This document shows, in pieces, positions 46,124 to 54,469 of a stretch of DNA of 64,000 nt. Both the position numbers and the translations under genes were made by a program. Below the pieces are notes generated by a model that had not been told where the DNA came from, searched no databases, and worked only from the letters and a program-made list of their open reading frames with translations. Position 1 is the stretch's first letter. Every line of letters begins with the position of its first letter. The DNA is from an uncultured Pseudomonadota bacterium (lineage in GTDB: Bacteria; Pseudomonadota; Alphaproteobacteria; RF32; CAG-239), in NCBI GenBank assembly GCA_902495305.1, contig CABUWG010000003.1:989-64988 (forward strand). Direction: 5' to 3'.

Positions 46124-46576
46124 TTAATATTCGATTTTATCCGTTTTATTTTTCCACTTCAACATCACCTTTTTGGCTTCAGGCAGTTCTATTCTGACCA
46201 GTTCAATCGGATCATCTTCATAAAACACGCGGTCACGAAACCCTATGTCTTCGGCATCATAACGATCAGCCGCATAATAAACCTCTTTAATATTCGCCCA
46301 CTTGCAGGCGTTCAGGCACATAGGGCAGGGCTCACAAGAGGTATAAAGGATACAACCGGACAAATCAAAGCTGCCCAGATTCTGGCAGGCATTTCTGATT
46401 GCCATAACCTCGCCATGCGCAGTCGGATCATTATCCAACACCACTCGGTTATGCCCTTGTCCGATAACTTTTCCCTCTGCATCAACAATCACACAGCCGA
46501 ACGGTGAACTCCCGCCGTCTACGGACTGATTGCTGAGTTCTATGGCTCTGCGCAGATTCTCTTCGTGATTTATCAT
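46124..46576 (-). CDS. guaD: Guanine deaminase (CDA-fold, B. subtilis GuaD type) or closely related nucleoside/nucleotide deaminase
   Basis: HGEVMAIRNA and ILYTSCEPCPMCLNA zinc motifs. Aligns well by eye to B. subtilis GuaD as I remember it (NDPTAHAEV..., ILYTSCEPCPMC). I prefer ATG 46576 (MINHEENL), preceded by AAGAGGAAAG, over the track start 46606. Confidence 0.75.
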   Translation of the reverse strand: MINHEENLRRAIELSNQSVDGGSSPFGCVIVDAEGKVIGQGHNRVVLDNDPTAHGEVMAIRNACQNLGSFDLSGCILYTSCEPCPMCLNACKWANIKEVYYAADRYDAEDIGFRDRVFYEDDPIELVRIELPEAKKVMLKWKNKTDKIEY

Positions 46577-46622
46577 CTTTCCTCTTTTCTGCAATTTTTT
46601 GTACATTTTAACAAAATAAGTC

Positions 46623-46651
46623 TTGACTGATACCGTAATATATTATATAAA
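46623..46651 (+). promoter_or_regulatory. Strong sigma70-like promoter TTGACT-17-TATAAA
   Basis: TTGACT at 46623-28, an exact 17-nt spacer, TATAAA at 46646-51. Points toward the HD-domain gene ~450 nt away. Confidence 0.5.
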
Positions 46652-47008
46652 CGAACCGTTAACCCATTATTAATCTACTACTATGTTTTATAAAAAACTC
46701 ATAAAAATTATTTTTTTCATCAAAAAAAGGTTTTGTTGCAACTAAAAAATGCTGTGAAGCATTTTTGCAAAAATACGGAAGCAAGTGCAGAAATTTGTTT
46801 TTTCACATTTAGAGTTCATAAAAGTAAGTTTATGTTATTACTTTCTGCAAACTTTTTCCGCATTACAACTTTTATAAGAAACCCCCTCGTGAGAGTCGGT
46901 TTCTTTACTCAAGACAAAAAAAGAAAAACAAAATAATTTTTGGGGTGAACGTTAAACCTACGACAACATATTCTGTCTTACCTTGTCCTCTTGGTTTAAC
47001 ACGAACAA

Positions 47009-47042
47009 CGTCTGCTTTTTCAAGCAGGCGTTTTCGCTTTTT
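47009..47042 (+). terminator. Intrinsic terminator inside the leader, 55 nt upstream of the HD-domain gene
   Basis: CGTCTGC-tttttcaa-GCAGGCG (one G-U pair) followed by TTTTCGCTTTTT. Confidence 0.6.
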
Positions 47043-47097
47043 AAAATTTTATTAAACAAATTATGCTTTTCTTTCTACAATCTCCGGAGAAAAGAAA

Positions 47098-47952
47098 ATG
47101 AACACCCGACAAACAGATAAAAATTTTTTATACCGATATTATCAAGACTGCCGTTCTTATGTTGCAGCTTCTAAAGAGTTGTGCCTTTACGCTGATGAAA
47201 AATTCCGCCACTCCATGCAGGTTGTCGGCGCCGGAAATTATCTGTTGAAAAATGAAAAAGAACTGCAAAACTGGACTCCGGAACAAAAATACCTTGGCTG
47301 GCAGGGCTGTCTTTTTCATGACATCGGCCGCTTCAAAGAAATTTATCAACGCTACGACAACAAAGACCTGCACGGCGCCAATCTGTGCAAATATGACCAC
47401 GGCGAATTCAGTTATCAAATACTAAAGGCCACCCCGCAATATAACAATCCGCTTTTGCTGTTTCCGGTTCGTCACCACGGACATCTGGACAGCGATTTCT
47501 TTGCGGAAGAGGGCTGGCTCTCGGCCTCTCCGGCAGAACAAGACATTATGAAAAACCTTTTCTTTTTAATCAAAGACGCTGACAAAGTTGCTAATTTTTA
47601 TCTTTTCAAATGCCATCCGGAATACTACGGTACCTTAATCTGCGGCACAGAAGAAATAGATTCTCAGGCCAGCCCGAAAATCTTAGAAAGCCTGACCCGC
47701 CACGAACTCTGCCGCAACGCCGACGTTTCCACGCCGCTGGACCAGATATTGCGCATTTTAAGCTGGGTTTTTGACCTCAAATTTGCCGATTCTTTCGTCT
47801 TTCTGCACCGCTTAGACTGCATAGGAGCAATGCTCTCGCGCATCAGAAAATACAATACTGATAATAAATCGCAGGAAATGATTGAAAAAATCATCAGAAA
47901 CTTTATAACAAAAAACATAAACGTAACTAACATCAAAGGAAAAACATTATGA
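47098..47952 (+). CDS. HD-domain phosphohydrolase family protein
   Basis: 284 aa with H...HD spacing (FRHSMQVVGAG...CLFHDIGRF...DHGEFS...RHHG). GGAG SD 9 nt upstream. Confidence 0.72.
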   Translation: MNTRQTDKNFLYRYYQDCRSYVAASKELCLYADEKFRHSMQVVGAGNYLLKNEKELQNWTPEQKYLGWQGCLFHDIGRFKEIYQRYDNKDLHGANLCKYDHGEFSYQILKATPQYNNPLLLFPVRHHGHLDSDFFAEEGWLSASPAEQDIMKNLFFLIKDADKVANFYLFKCHPEYYGTLICGTEEIDSQASPKILESLTRHELCRNADVSTPLDQILRILSWVFDLKFADSFVFLHRLDCIGAMLSRIRKYNTDNKSQEMIEKIIRNFITKNINVTNIKGKTL

Positions 47953-48731
47953 AAAAGAAATATGTCATCTTAGGTGTTTTGGCCGCGGCTATTGCCGGAG
48001 CCTGGTATTTTACGCCTTCCATGGAAAGCATTGTCAAAAAACTCGTTCACAAATACGGTTCTCAGGTCACCGGAACCGATGTCAAACTCGAAGGCTTCGA
48101 CATATCCATAAAAAACGGCGAGGGCAAAATCAAAAAAATCACCGTTGCCAATCCTGACGGCTACAAAAAGCCCTATCTGCTCAGCCTCGACGGTATTACG
48201 GTGAAAGTCAATATCAAAAGCCTGACAACAGACACGATTGTTATTGAACAAATCAATATTGACAAACCTGTTGTCACCTATGAAATGTTGTCTTTGACCC
48301 AAAACAACATCAAGCAAGTCCAAAATAACATCAAAGAGTTCACATCAACGGGCAAAACGGCATCTTCCAAACCGGAAGAACAGAAAAAAGCAGATACTTC
48401 CGCCAAAGAAGAGAGGAGCAAAAAAGTCATTATCAAATCTTTGACAATCAATAACGGAGAACTGCAGGCTGCCGCTAATGTCGCCAGAAAAACCACCGAT
48501 ATGACGGTTGCTCTGCCGACAATCCAGATGAACAATATCGGCGCCGCCAAAAACGGTGACAGCATTACGCAAAGCATTACCAAAATTTTCAACCAGATTT
48601 TAAGCACGGCTTCCGCAACGGCTGTCAGCAGCAACCTTTCCAACCTGAAAGACCTTGCCGATGAAAACCTGAACAATGTTGTCGGCGGCGTTAAAGACCG
48701 CATTAAAAGCATTGGAATTTTTGGCAAATAA
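47949..48731 (+). CDS. Membrane-anchored protein, DUF748/AsmA-N-like
   Basis: 260 aa with an N-terminal TM. GSQVTGTDVKLEGFDISIKNGEGKIKKITVANPDGYKKPYLLSLDGITVKVNIKSL...IDKPVVTYE resembles DUF748/AsmA N-terminal repeats by recall. ATGA overlap with the HD gene stop. Confidence 0.45.
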   Translation: MKKKYVILGVLAAAIAGAWYFTPSMESIVKKLVHKYGSQVTGTDVKLEGFDISIKNGEGKIKKITVANPDGYKKPYLLSLDGITVKVNIKSLTTDTIVIEQINIDKPVVTYEMLSLTQNNIKQVQNNIKEFTSTGKTASSKPEEQKKADTSAKEERSKKVIIKSLTINNGELQAAANVARKTTDMTVALPTIQMNNIGAAKNGDSITQSITKIFNQILSTASATAVSSNLSNLKDLADENLNNVVGGVKDRIKSIGIFGK

Positions 48732-48752
48732 AACTTATCCGATGATACAAAT

Positions 48753-48797
48753 AAAAATAATCCGAAGCTTGTCTCAACAAGTTTCGGATTATTTTTA
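48753..48797. terminator. Bidirectional intrinsic terminator between convergent genes
   Basis: ATAATCCGAAgCTTG-tctcaa-CAAGtTTCGGATTAT flanked by A- and T-runs. Confidence 0.75.
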
Positions 48798-48823
48798 CAT
48801 TCTTAATTTTAGAGAAATACTCG

Positions 48824-49240
48824 TTATAACCAATCCCACGGATGGTCACAATCAAACCGCTTTCTGACCGGAGGATTCATGAAGAGCCCAATAATTGCTC
48901 CAAGCATCAACACCGTTATCATAATAATCGTCACCAGCTCCGCCGTACCAAGCCCCAGTATATTTTCAGACTCTGACTCTGAATTTGCCTGATTTTTCAA
49001 TTCGGCACTTTCATAATCCAGACTGGCAAGCTCTTCTTCCAAGCGGGAAATCTCCATATTCTGACATTCAATTACCTCTTTTATGGCCGCAAATTCTTCA
49101 TTTACAGAAACCTTTTCCACGGCTGCAACCGCTTGAACATTTCCTGACTGAGTTTGAACATGCGCCCCATGAGCATAAGCATAATCCGAAACTATAGCAA
49201 CCACCGTTGCCAAAATAATAATCATGTTTTTCATATACAT
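48824..49240 (-). CDS. Small exported coiled-coil protein with C-terminal TM anchor (paralog 1)
   Basis: 138 aa with a signal peptide ending DYAYA, HVQTQSGNVQ, a coiled coil with AELKNQ, then LVTIIMITVLMLGAIIGLF and a short Cys/Trp-containing tail. Confidence 0.5.
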   Translation of the reverse strand: MYMKNMIIILATVVAIVSDYAYAHGAHVQTQSGNVQAVAAVEKVSVNEEFAAIKEVIECQNMEISRLEEELASLDYESAELKNQANSESESENILGLGTAELVTIIMITVLMLGAIIGLFMNPPVRKRFDCDHPWDWL

Positions 49241-49323
49241 AAATTTTAATAACAGATTTTTAACAAATACATTATAGTTTTACAGATATTTACAATAATA
49301 ATACCTCCTAACAGAAAGAGCTA

Positions 49324-49683
49324 TTAAACCATAAAAATCAATAAAACAATCAATATCATAAAAACAACAAGAAGTATGGCCTCCATGGCGCTTAACCCTG
49401 ACTTACCGTCAGATTTTGCCTCTGAAGTCACCTGATTTTTCAATTCGGCAATCTCCTGTTTCCGACTGCTAATCATCTCATTCAGCTTGACAATATATCT
49501 TTCTCGTTTGTCAATAATATCTTTTAAGGCTGCAACATCTTTATCTGTCGAACCTTTCTTTGCAACTGCCGTCACTTGAACATTTCCTGACTGAGTTTGA
49601 ACATGCGAATCCTGAGCATAAGCATAATCCGCAACCATAGCACCCACAACAACCAAAATAATAACCATTTTTTTCATATGCAT
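49324..49683 (-). CDS. Small exported coiled-coil protein with C-terminal TM anchor (paralog 2)
   Basis: 119 aa with the same layout: signal peptide ending DYAYA, HVQTQSGNVQ, AELKNQ, and a C-terminal ILLVVFMILIVLLIFMV. Confidence 0.5.
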   Translation of the reverse strand: MHMKKMVIILVVVGAMVADYAYAQDSHVQTQSGNVQVTAVAKKGSTDKDVAALKDIIDKRERYIVKLNEMISSRKQEIAELKNQVTSEAKSDGKSGLSAMEAILLVVFMILIVLLIFMV

Positions 49684-49712
49684 AAAATTAATAATAAATT
49701 TTTAACGATCGT

Positions 49713-49740
49713 ATTATAGTTGTTGCACAATTTTTGTCAA
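49713..49740 (-). promoter_or_regulatory. Consensus promoter TTGACA-16-TATAAT for paralog 2
   Basis: Minus strand: TTGACA is the complement of 49735-40 and TATAAT the complement of 49713-18. Confidence 0.55.
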
Positions 49741-49769
49741 TATATTTTATAAAAAACAAAGTTTCCATG

Positions 49770-49798
49770 TTGACTTGCTATCACAATCCTGCTAGATT
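49770..49798 (+). promoter_or_regulatory. Promoter-like TTGACT-17-TAGATT for the 49820 gene (back-to-back with the previous promoter)
   Basis: TTGACT at 49770-75, TAGATT at 49793-98. Confidence 0.45.
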
Positions 49799-49819
49799 AC
49801 GTCAAATAAAAAAATAATT

Positions 49820-50536
49820 ATGTCTAACTTTATAATTCTTAAAATTATGGAAATAATAAATTTAAGCGAACAGGAAATCAGTCAGCGTTTGGAAAAAAGC
49901 AAGTATAAAGCCGTAGAAAAGCCGCTGTTGCGCCGCCTGAACTGCAAAAAAGACCACAATCTGACTTACGTCAAATTTCAAAAAGGGAAAGATTACCTTC
50001 TTTGGATTGGCCAGTGCTTCAACCCCAAAGACAAACTGCGTCAGTTTTATCACTTTGTAGCTCTGCCGCAGCTGTATGAAAAAGGCAATGCCGTTTATCA
50101 CATTGTTCCTCTGGATGTTTTTGGCGAATACCCCAAAGAAGATTTGGACATGGTCGTAGACATCGAGAACGAGGAATACAAGCTCATCAAAGACTTCAAC
50201 GGTTTTGCCAAACTGATTCCCCGCTGGACTCTGGATCGTGAAAAAATGCGCGAATACATCAAAAAAGAGCTGGGAGAAACGCCGTATTTAATTTGTGCCC
50301 GCATTATGGGAACCAATATTGCCCCCAATGACATCTTTGTCGGCTGGGAAATATTAACCCGCAAACACAAATATTCAACCGTGGCGTATTTCAACATTTT
50401 TGAAAGCAAGCTGGTCAAAAACCTCGGCACCCTGACTTATGTTCAGCCGATGGGCAGCAACCAGAAAGCCTGCCTGATGGGTGGTTCGTTGATTAAGTTT
50501 TACAAAAACAAAATCCGTATCAAAATCGGACAATAA
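49820..50536 (+). CDS. Orphan protein (238 aa), no family recognised
   Basis: Complete ORF with no SD, AT-rich, with a strong terminator downstream. An alternative start is M10 (49847). Confidence 0.45.
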   Translation: MSNFIILKIMEIINLSEQEISQRLEKSKYKAVEKPLLRRLNCKKDHNLTYVKFQKGKDYLLWIGQCFNPKDKLRQFYHFVALPQLYEKGNAVYHIVPLDVFGEYPKEDLDMVVDIENEEYKLIKDFNGFAKLIPRWTLDREKMREYIKKELGETPYLICARIMGTNIAPNDIFVGWEILTRKHKYSTVAYFNIFESKLVKNLGTLTYVQPMGSNQKACLMGGSLIKFYKNKIRIKIGQ

Positions 50537-50563
50537 AAAAGGAGCTTCAAGCTCCTTTTTTTT
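50534..50563. terminator. Bidirectional intrinsic terminator
   Basis: AAAAAAGGAGC-ttca-aGCTCCTTTTTTTT, overlapping the dsbD stop codon. Confidence 0.8.
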
Positions 50564-52181
50564 ATTTATCAAGATAGTTTTTCACTTGTTTATAAGTCAA
50601 AAGCTGCGGCAAAATCACATAACCGCTGTCCTTTCCGCTGTAATAAACATAGAGCGGTACACTGTTGCGTCCAAAAGCCGCCAGCGCCTCGGTAATCTCC
50701 GGATCATCATTGGTCCAGTCCGCCTTAAACAGCAAAATCTTCTTTTCTTTCACCAGCTTTTCAAAGTCTTTGCTGTTCAAAACCAAAGATTCGTTCGCCA
50801 GACAGGTAATGCACCATTTTGCGGTAAAGTCTACAAAAACGGCATGACCGTCCGCCACCAGCTTTTCAACTTTGGCTTTGTTATAGACCTCCCATTCCAG
50901 ATTTGTCGCCCCGCTGCTGACGGCACTGCGCAGAACCAGCTGGCTTTGCAGCACCCAGACCAGCCATAAACAGGTTAACAAAACCGGAATAGCAAAAATT
51001 TTCTTCAAAACCGCCATCCATTTTCCGGGACGCGGCAGCATTTTATGAACAGCCTTCGGAAAAAATCCGACAAGAGCAAAGGGCAGGGCATATCCCAGCG
51101 CCAGAGCAATAAAGACCGGAAAATAAACATAAGTCGGCTGCGTCAGCGTATATCCGATGGCAATCCCCATAAACGGAGCCGTGCAGGGGCTGGCAATCAA
51201 CACGGCAAAAAATCCGGTTGCAAAAGCGCTGATTTTCTTTTTTGAAGCCGTAACCCGTCCCAGCTTGTCAGCAAACAAATTCGGCAGATGAATCCAGTCC
51301 ATCAGCAGCAAAAACACAACAATAAAGACTGCCAGCATAATCCCGACAAACAACGGCGACTGCAGCTGGAAACCCCAGCCGACCTGTTCGCCTTGCCAGC
51401 GCAAAAGCAACAGAATCCCTGCGGTAATCAGAAAAGACAATACCACGCCAAGCGTGTATAACAACGCTTCCTGCCGCATTTGCTTCGGTTTGATACTTCC
51501 CTGAACCAAAGAAATGGCCTTGATAGTCAATATCGGAAAAATACAGGGCATAAAGTTAAGAATAATCCCGCCGGCAAAAGCCATGGCCAAAATCAGCAAA
51601 AGATTGTAAGCCGGCGCTTCTGCGGAAAGATCAGACGTCTTAAAACTCCGCTGTGCCGTTTGCATCTCATTGCGCCACTCGTTTCCGGGCAGAACATTCA
51701 AATCAGTTATCGGAAGGCTGAGCGTCCGCACCATTTTTTCAGGAATACACTCCTCATAACAGGCCAGCCATTTAATCTCCACCTCCAAATCCTGAACCCG
51801 CTCCGGACGGTCAATCGGCACAATCGTTGCGGTATAATAAGCAATGGTATCATATCCATGCTGAACAATCTTGCCTTTCTTAAAATCTTTGGGCTTGCTC
51901 CAGCGGACGTTTTCAAGCTTATACCCCTCGGGCAGCTTCCAGTTAACCTCCGTCGGCCGGCCGATATCCCCCGGATTCTGAGCAAAAATATGCCAGCCGT
52001 TTAGCATTGAAAACTTAACCAGCACGTCAAGAGCCTGCTTCTCATTAATCTCGTCGGTACTTGTCATAACCTTGACAGACACCTTGTCCGTCGTACCTTC
52101 AACACTCAGAGCCGAACATTCCTTTGTCCAAATCCCGATAAAGCTCAAAACCGCCGCAGCAAAGACCAAAAATTTATTCAT
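50562..52181 (-). CDS. dsbD: Thiol:disulfide interchange protein DsbD family (N-terminal domain + membrane core + thioredoxin domain)
   Basis: 539 aa with a signal peptide, membrane-core Cys motifs (NFMPCIFPIL, IASPCTAPF) and a C-terminal thioredoxin WCITC. Confidence 0.85.
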   Translation of the reverse strand: MNKFLVFAAAVLSFIGIWTKECSALSVEGTTDKVSVKVMTSTDEINEKQALDVLVKFSMLNGWHIFAQNPGDIGRPTEVNWKLPEGYKLENVRWSKPKDFKKGKIVQHGYDTIAYYTATIVPIDRPERVQDLEVEIKWLACYEECIPEKMVRTLSLPITDLNVLPGNEWRNEMQTAQRSFKTSDLSAEAPAYNLLLILAMAFAGGIILNFMPCIFPILTIKAISLVQGSIKPKQMRQEALLYTLGVVLSFLITAGILLLLRWQGEQVGWGFQLQSPLFVGIMLAVFIVVFLLLMDWIHLPNLFADKLGRVTASKKKISAFATGFFAVLIASPCTAPFMGIAIGYTLTQPTYVYFPVFIALALGYALPFALVGFFPKAVHKMLPRPGKWMAVLKKIFAIPVLLTCLWLVWVLQSQLVLRSAVSSGATNLEWEVYNKAKVEKLVADGHAVFVDFTAKWCITCLANESLVLNSKDFEKLVKEKKILLFKADWTNDDPEITEALAAFGRNSVPLYVYYSGKDSGYVILPQLLTYKQVKNYLDK

Positions 52182-52202
52182 GCAAAACTTCCTGTCGTCC
52201 GG

Positions 52203-52913
52203 TTACTGTTTGCGACGTGAAATCACAAAACTGTAATAAGCCGTAATCATAATGCTCAAAGCCTTGATAAAGCACAACACGCCCAGAATAATCGCCAGCG
52301 GCATAAACCAATAGGGTAAAACGCACATAATCAGCAGAACAACCAGCGTCTCAAAACCCTGAGCCAGCCCTCCCAGATAAAAAGGCGACATTCCGAGCTT
52401 AATCTCCTGCGAACTTTTTGTCTTATAAGCCACCACGGCATAAGCCAGCATGGAACAGGCCGAAGCAGTAAAAGCCAAAAGCAGAAAAGCGGCGGCAACG
52501 GCATTTTGCGCCGGATTGGCCAGCGCGAACCCGAAAATAACGCCGGCATAAAAAACATAATCCAATGTAGCATCAAGAAAAACGCCAAAATCCGTCACCT
52601 GCGAATTGCGGGCAATTGCACCGTCCAGCGCATCGCATATCCGGTTCAGGATAATGCACAAAATAGCAGTGGCATACATTTCCAGAGCCAGAAAATTGAT
52701 TGTAAAAATACCGATAACAAACCCGATAAGCGTCATCAGATTTGCCGATATCCCCATTTTGGCCAGAGATTTTCCCAAATCATTCAAAAAAGAACGCACA
52801 ATCAGCCGCAGGTTTTCCAGCGTACTGCCGGTCTTTTTCACAGCCTGCCGGACTTTAATTGTAACGGAATGGTTATAAATACGATTAAATGTTGATTTTA
52901 TTTTCTGAAACAT
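52203..52913 (-). CDS. CDP-alcohol phosphatidyltransferase family protein
   Basis: 236 aa, multi-TM, with DALDGAIAR...G...DATLD matching the D-G-x2-A-R...D-x3-D signature. Confidence 0.8.
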   Translation of the reverse strand: MFQKIKSTFNRIYNHSVTIKVRQAVKKTGSTLENLRLIVRSFLNDLGKSLAKMGISANLMTLIGFVIGIFTINFLALEMYATAILCIILNRICDALDGAIARNSQVTDFGVFLDATLDYVFYAGVIFGFALANPAQNAVAAAFLLLAFTASACSMLAYAVVAYKTKSSQEIKLGMSPFYLGGLAQGFETLVVLLIMCVLPYWFMPLAIILGVLCFIKALSIMITAYYSFVISRRKQ

Positions 52914-53010
52914 AGTATACTGCCTTCCTATATTGCCAATGTTTATTACCCATATATGATAAACATTTTTTGCAAAAAATAAAGGTATAAAGCGGGAGTG
53001 TTAAAAAATA

Positions 53011-54024
53011 ATGCGTATCTTAAAATATTTCTTTCTGGCCGGCTCGGTTGCCGTCTTGGCTTATCTGATATTCTTTAATGAAACCCGTTTTCAGGAAATT
53101 CGGGGCAAAGCCTTCAATACTTATTACAGTATCAAAATCAAAACCCCGCACAAAAATGCCGGCCTCAACCGCAAGATTCAGGAAGAACTGGAAAAAGTCA
53201 ACAGCCAGATGTCCGTTTTTGAGCCCGGTTCGGAAATTAATAACATCAACGAAACGCCGGCCAAACAGACCATTGAGCTGTCTGACGAAATGAGCGGCCT
53301 CTTGCAAGAGGCCTATAATATATATGTCATGAGCAACGGAAATTTTGACCCGACGGTCGGAAAACTTGTTGACCTCTGGGGTTTTGGCACAAAAAAAACC
53401 ATTGAATTCCCCAAAGACGAAGACATCAAGGCCGCGCTCAAGCTCACCGGCTTCAACAAAGTCCGCTTCAGCAGCAATTATAAGAGCCTGAAAAAAGACA
53501 TCAGCGACATCAACATCAACCTGTCTGCCATTGCCAAAGGTTATGCCGTTGACAAAGTGGCAGAATTGTTAAAAAACGAAGGCTATAACGATTTTGTTGT
53601 CGAAATCGGCGGAGAAGTCGCCGCTTCCGGAGAAAAATCCGAACAAACCAAAGGCTGGAATGTCGGAATCAAAATGCCGAACAGCGAAGAAAACGCCGCG
53701 GTTGTCACCATGCACAATATGAGCGTCGCCACCTCGGGAGACTACCGCAACTACTTTTATTACAATGACAAACGCTATTCTCACACAATCATCCCCAAGA
53801 CCGGATATCCGGTAGAACATAAATTGGCTTCCGTAACTGTATTTAACAAAAGCTGCATGACGGCAGACGGGCTTGCCACCGCCATTATGGTGATGGGCGA
53901 AAAAGAGGGTCTGAGCTTTGCCGACCGCAACAAAATTCCGGCAGTCTTCTTTGTCCGCACGGATAACAACGACTACGAGATGATTGTCTCCCAAAGCGCC
54001 AAAAAACTTCTGGAAAACAAATGA
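53011..54024 (+). CDS. apbE: FAD:protein FMN transferase ApbE
   Basis: 337 aa with FDPTVG, AKGYAVD, VEIGGE, ATSGDYRNYF and HTIIPKTGYP motifs. Confidence 0.9.
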   Translation: MRILKYFFLAGSVAVLAYLIFFNETRFQEIRGKAFNTYYSIKIKTPHKNAGLNRKIQEELEKVNSQMSVFEPGSEINNINETPAKQTIELSDEMSGLLQEAYNIYVMSNGNFDPTVGKLVDLWGFGTKKTIEFPKDEDIKAALKLTGFNKVRFSSNYKSLKKDISDININLSAIAKGYAVDKVAELLKNEGYNDFVVEIGGEVAASGEKSEQTKGWNVGIKMPNSEENAAVVTMHNMSVATSGDYRNYFYYNDKRYSHTIIPKTGYPVEHKLASVTVFNKSCMTADGLATAIMVMGEKEGLSFADRNKIPAVFFVRTDNNDYEMIVSQSAKKLLENK

Positions 54025-54434
54025 TACCGATAGAACATCAGGCTGTTGTTACAAAAGTTTCTGACGGAGAACTGACCGTCTGCGTCCCGCGGCAGTCTGC
54101 CTGCGGAACTTGTCCGGCAGCGGGACTATGCGGCATGAAAGAAAGCAAAGAACAAATCTTCTCAATTGCGGTGACGGATTCTTCGGCCTACAACCGCGGA
54201 GATTCCGTCATTGTCACGCTCAACCCGCGGCTGGGGTGGATATCCGTCCTGTTTTGCTACGCTTTTCCGCTGCTGCTAATGCTTTCAGTGCTGTTTTCCT
54301 GCCAATATTTCGGCCAAAACGAAATATTTAGTGGTATTACTGCGATAATTGTCTTGATTCCTTATTATTTTCTCTTATTCTTAGGAAGACATTATTTTAA
54401 GAAAAAATTTACTTTTAAAATAACCAGACAATAA
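54021..54434 (+). CDS. rseC: RseC/MucC (SoxR-reducing system) family protein
   Basis: 137 aa with an N-terminal CGTCPAAGLCG motif, then two TM helices. ATGA overlap with apbE. Confidence 0.75.
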   Translation: MIPIEHQAVVTKVSDGELTVCVPRQSACGTCPAAGLCGMKESKEQIFSIAVTDSSAYNRGDSVIVTLNPRLGWISVLFCYAFPLLLMLSVLFSCQYFGQNEIFSGITAIIVLIPYYFLLFLGRHYFKKKFTFKITRQ

Positions 54435-54469
54435 CTCCGTTTTTTATTTAACTTTTTTGAGACAATATT

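Noticed and set aside
46861-46915. Purine/guanine riboswitch next to the guanine deaminase gene (GGTTTCTTTAC resembles the J2-3 segment GUUUCUACC).
   Set aside because: The three-way junction, the L2/L3 loop motifs and the P1 pairing are absent. The element also lies on the opposite strand from guaD.
46733-46936. 67-aa track ORF in the HD-gene leader.
   Set aside because: It has a TTG start with no SD and an implausible K/F-rich product. It spans predicted RNA hairpins and is more likely non-coding.
46925-47045. Possible tmRNA (GGGGTGAACG... followed by CTACGACAAC resembling an ANDN tag start).
   Set aside because: No reading frame gives an ANDN...AA tag. There is no T-arm (GGTTCGAATCC-like), no 3' acceptor strand complementary to GGGGTGA with CCA, and no permuted acceptor piece nearby.
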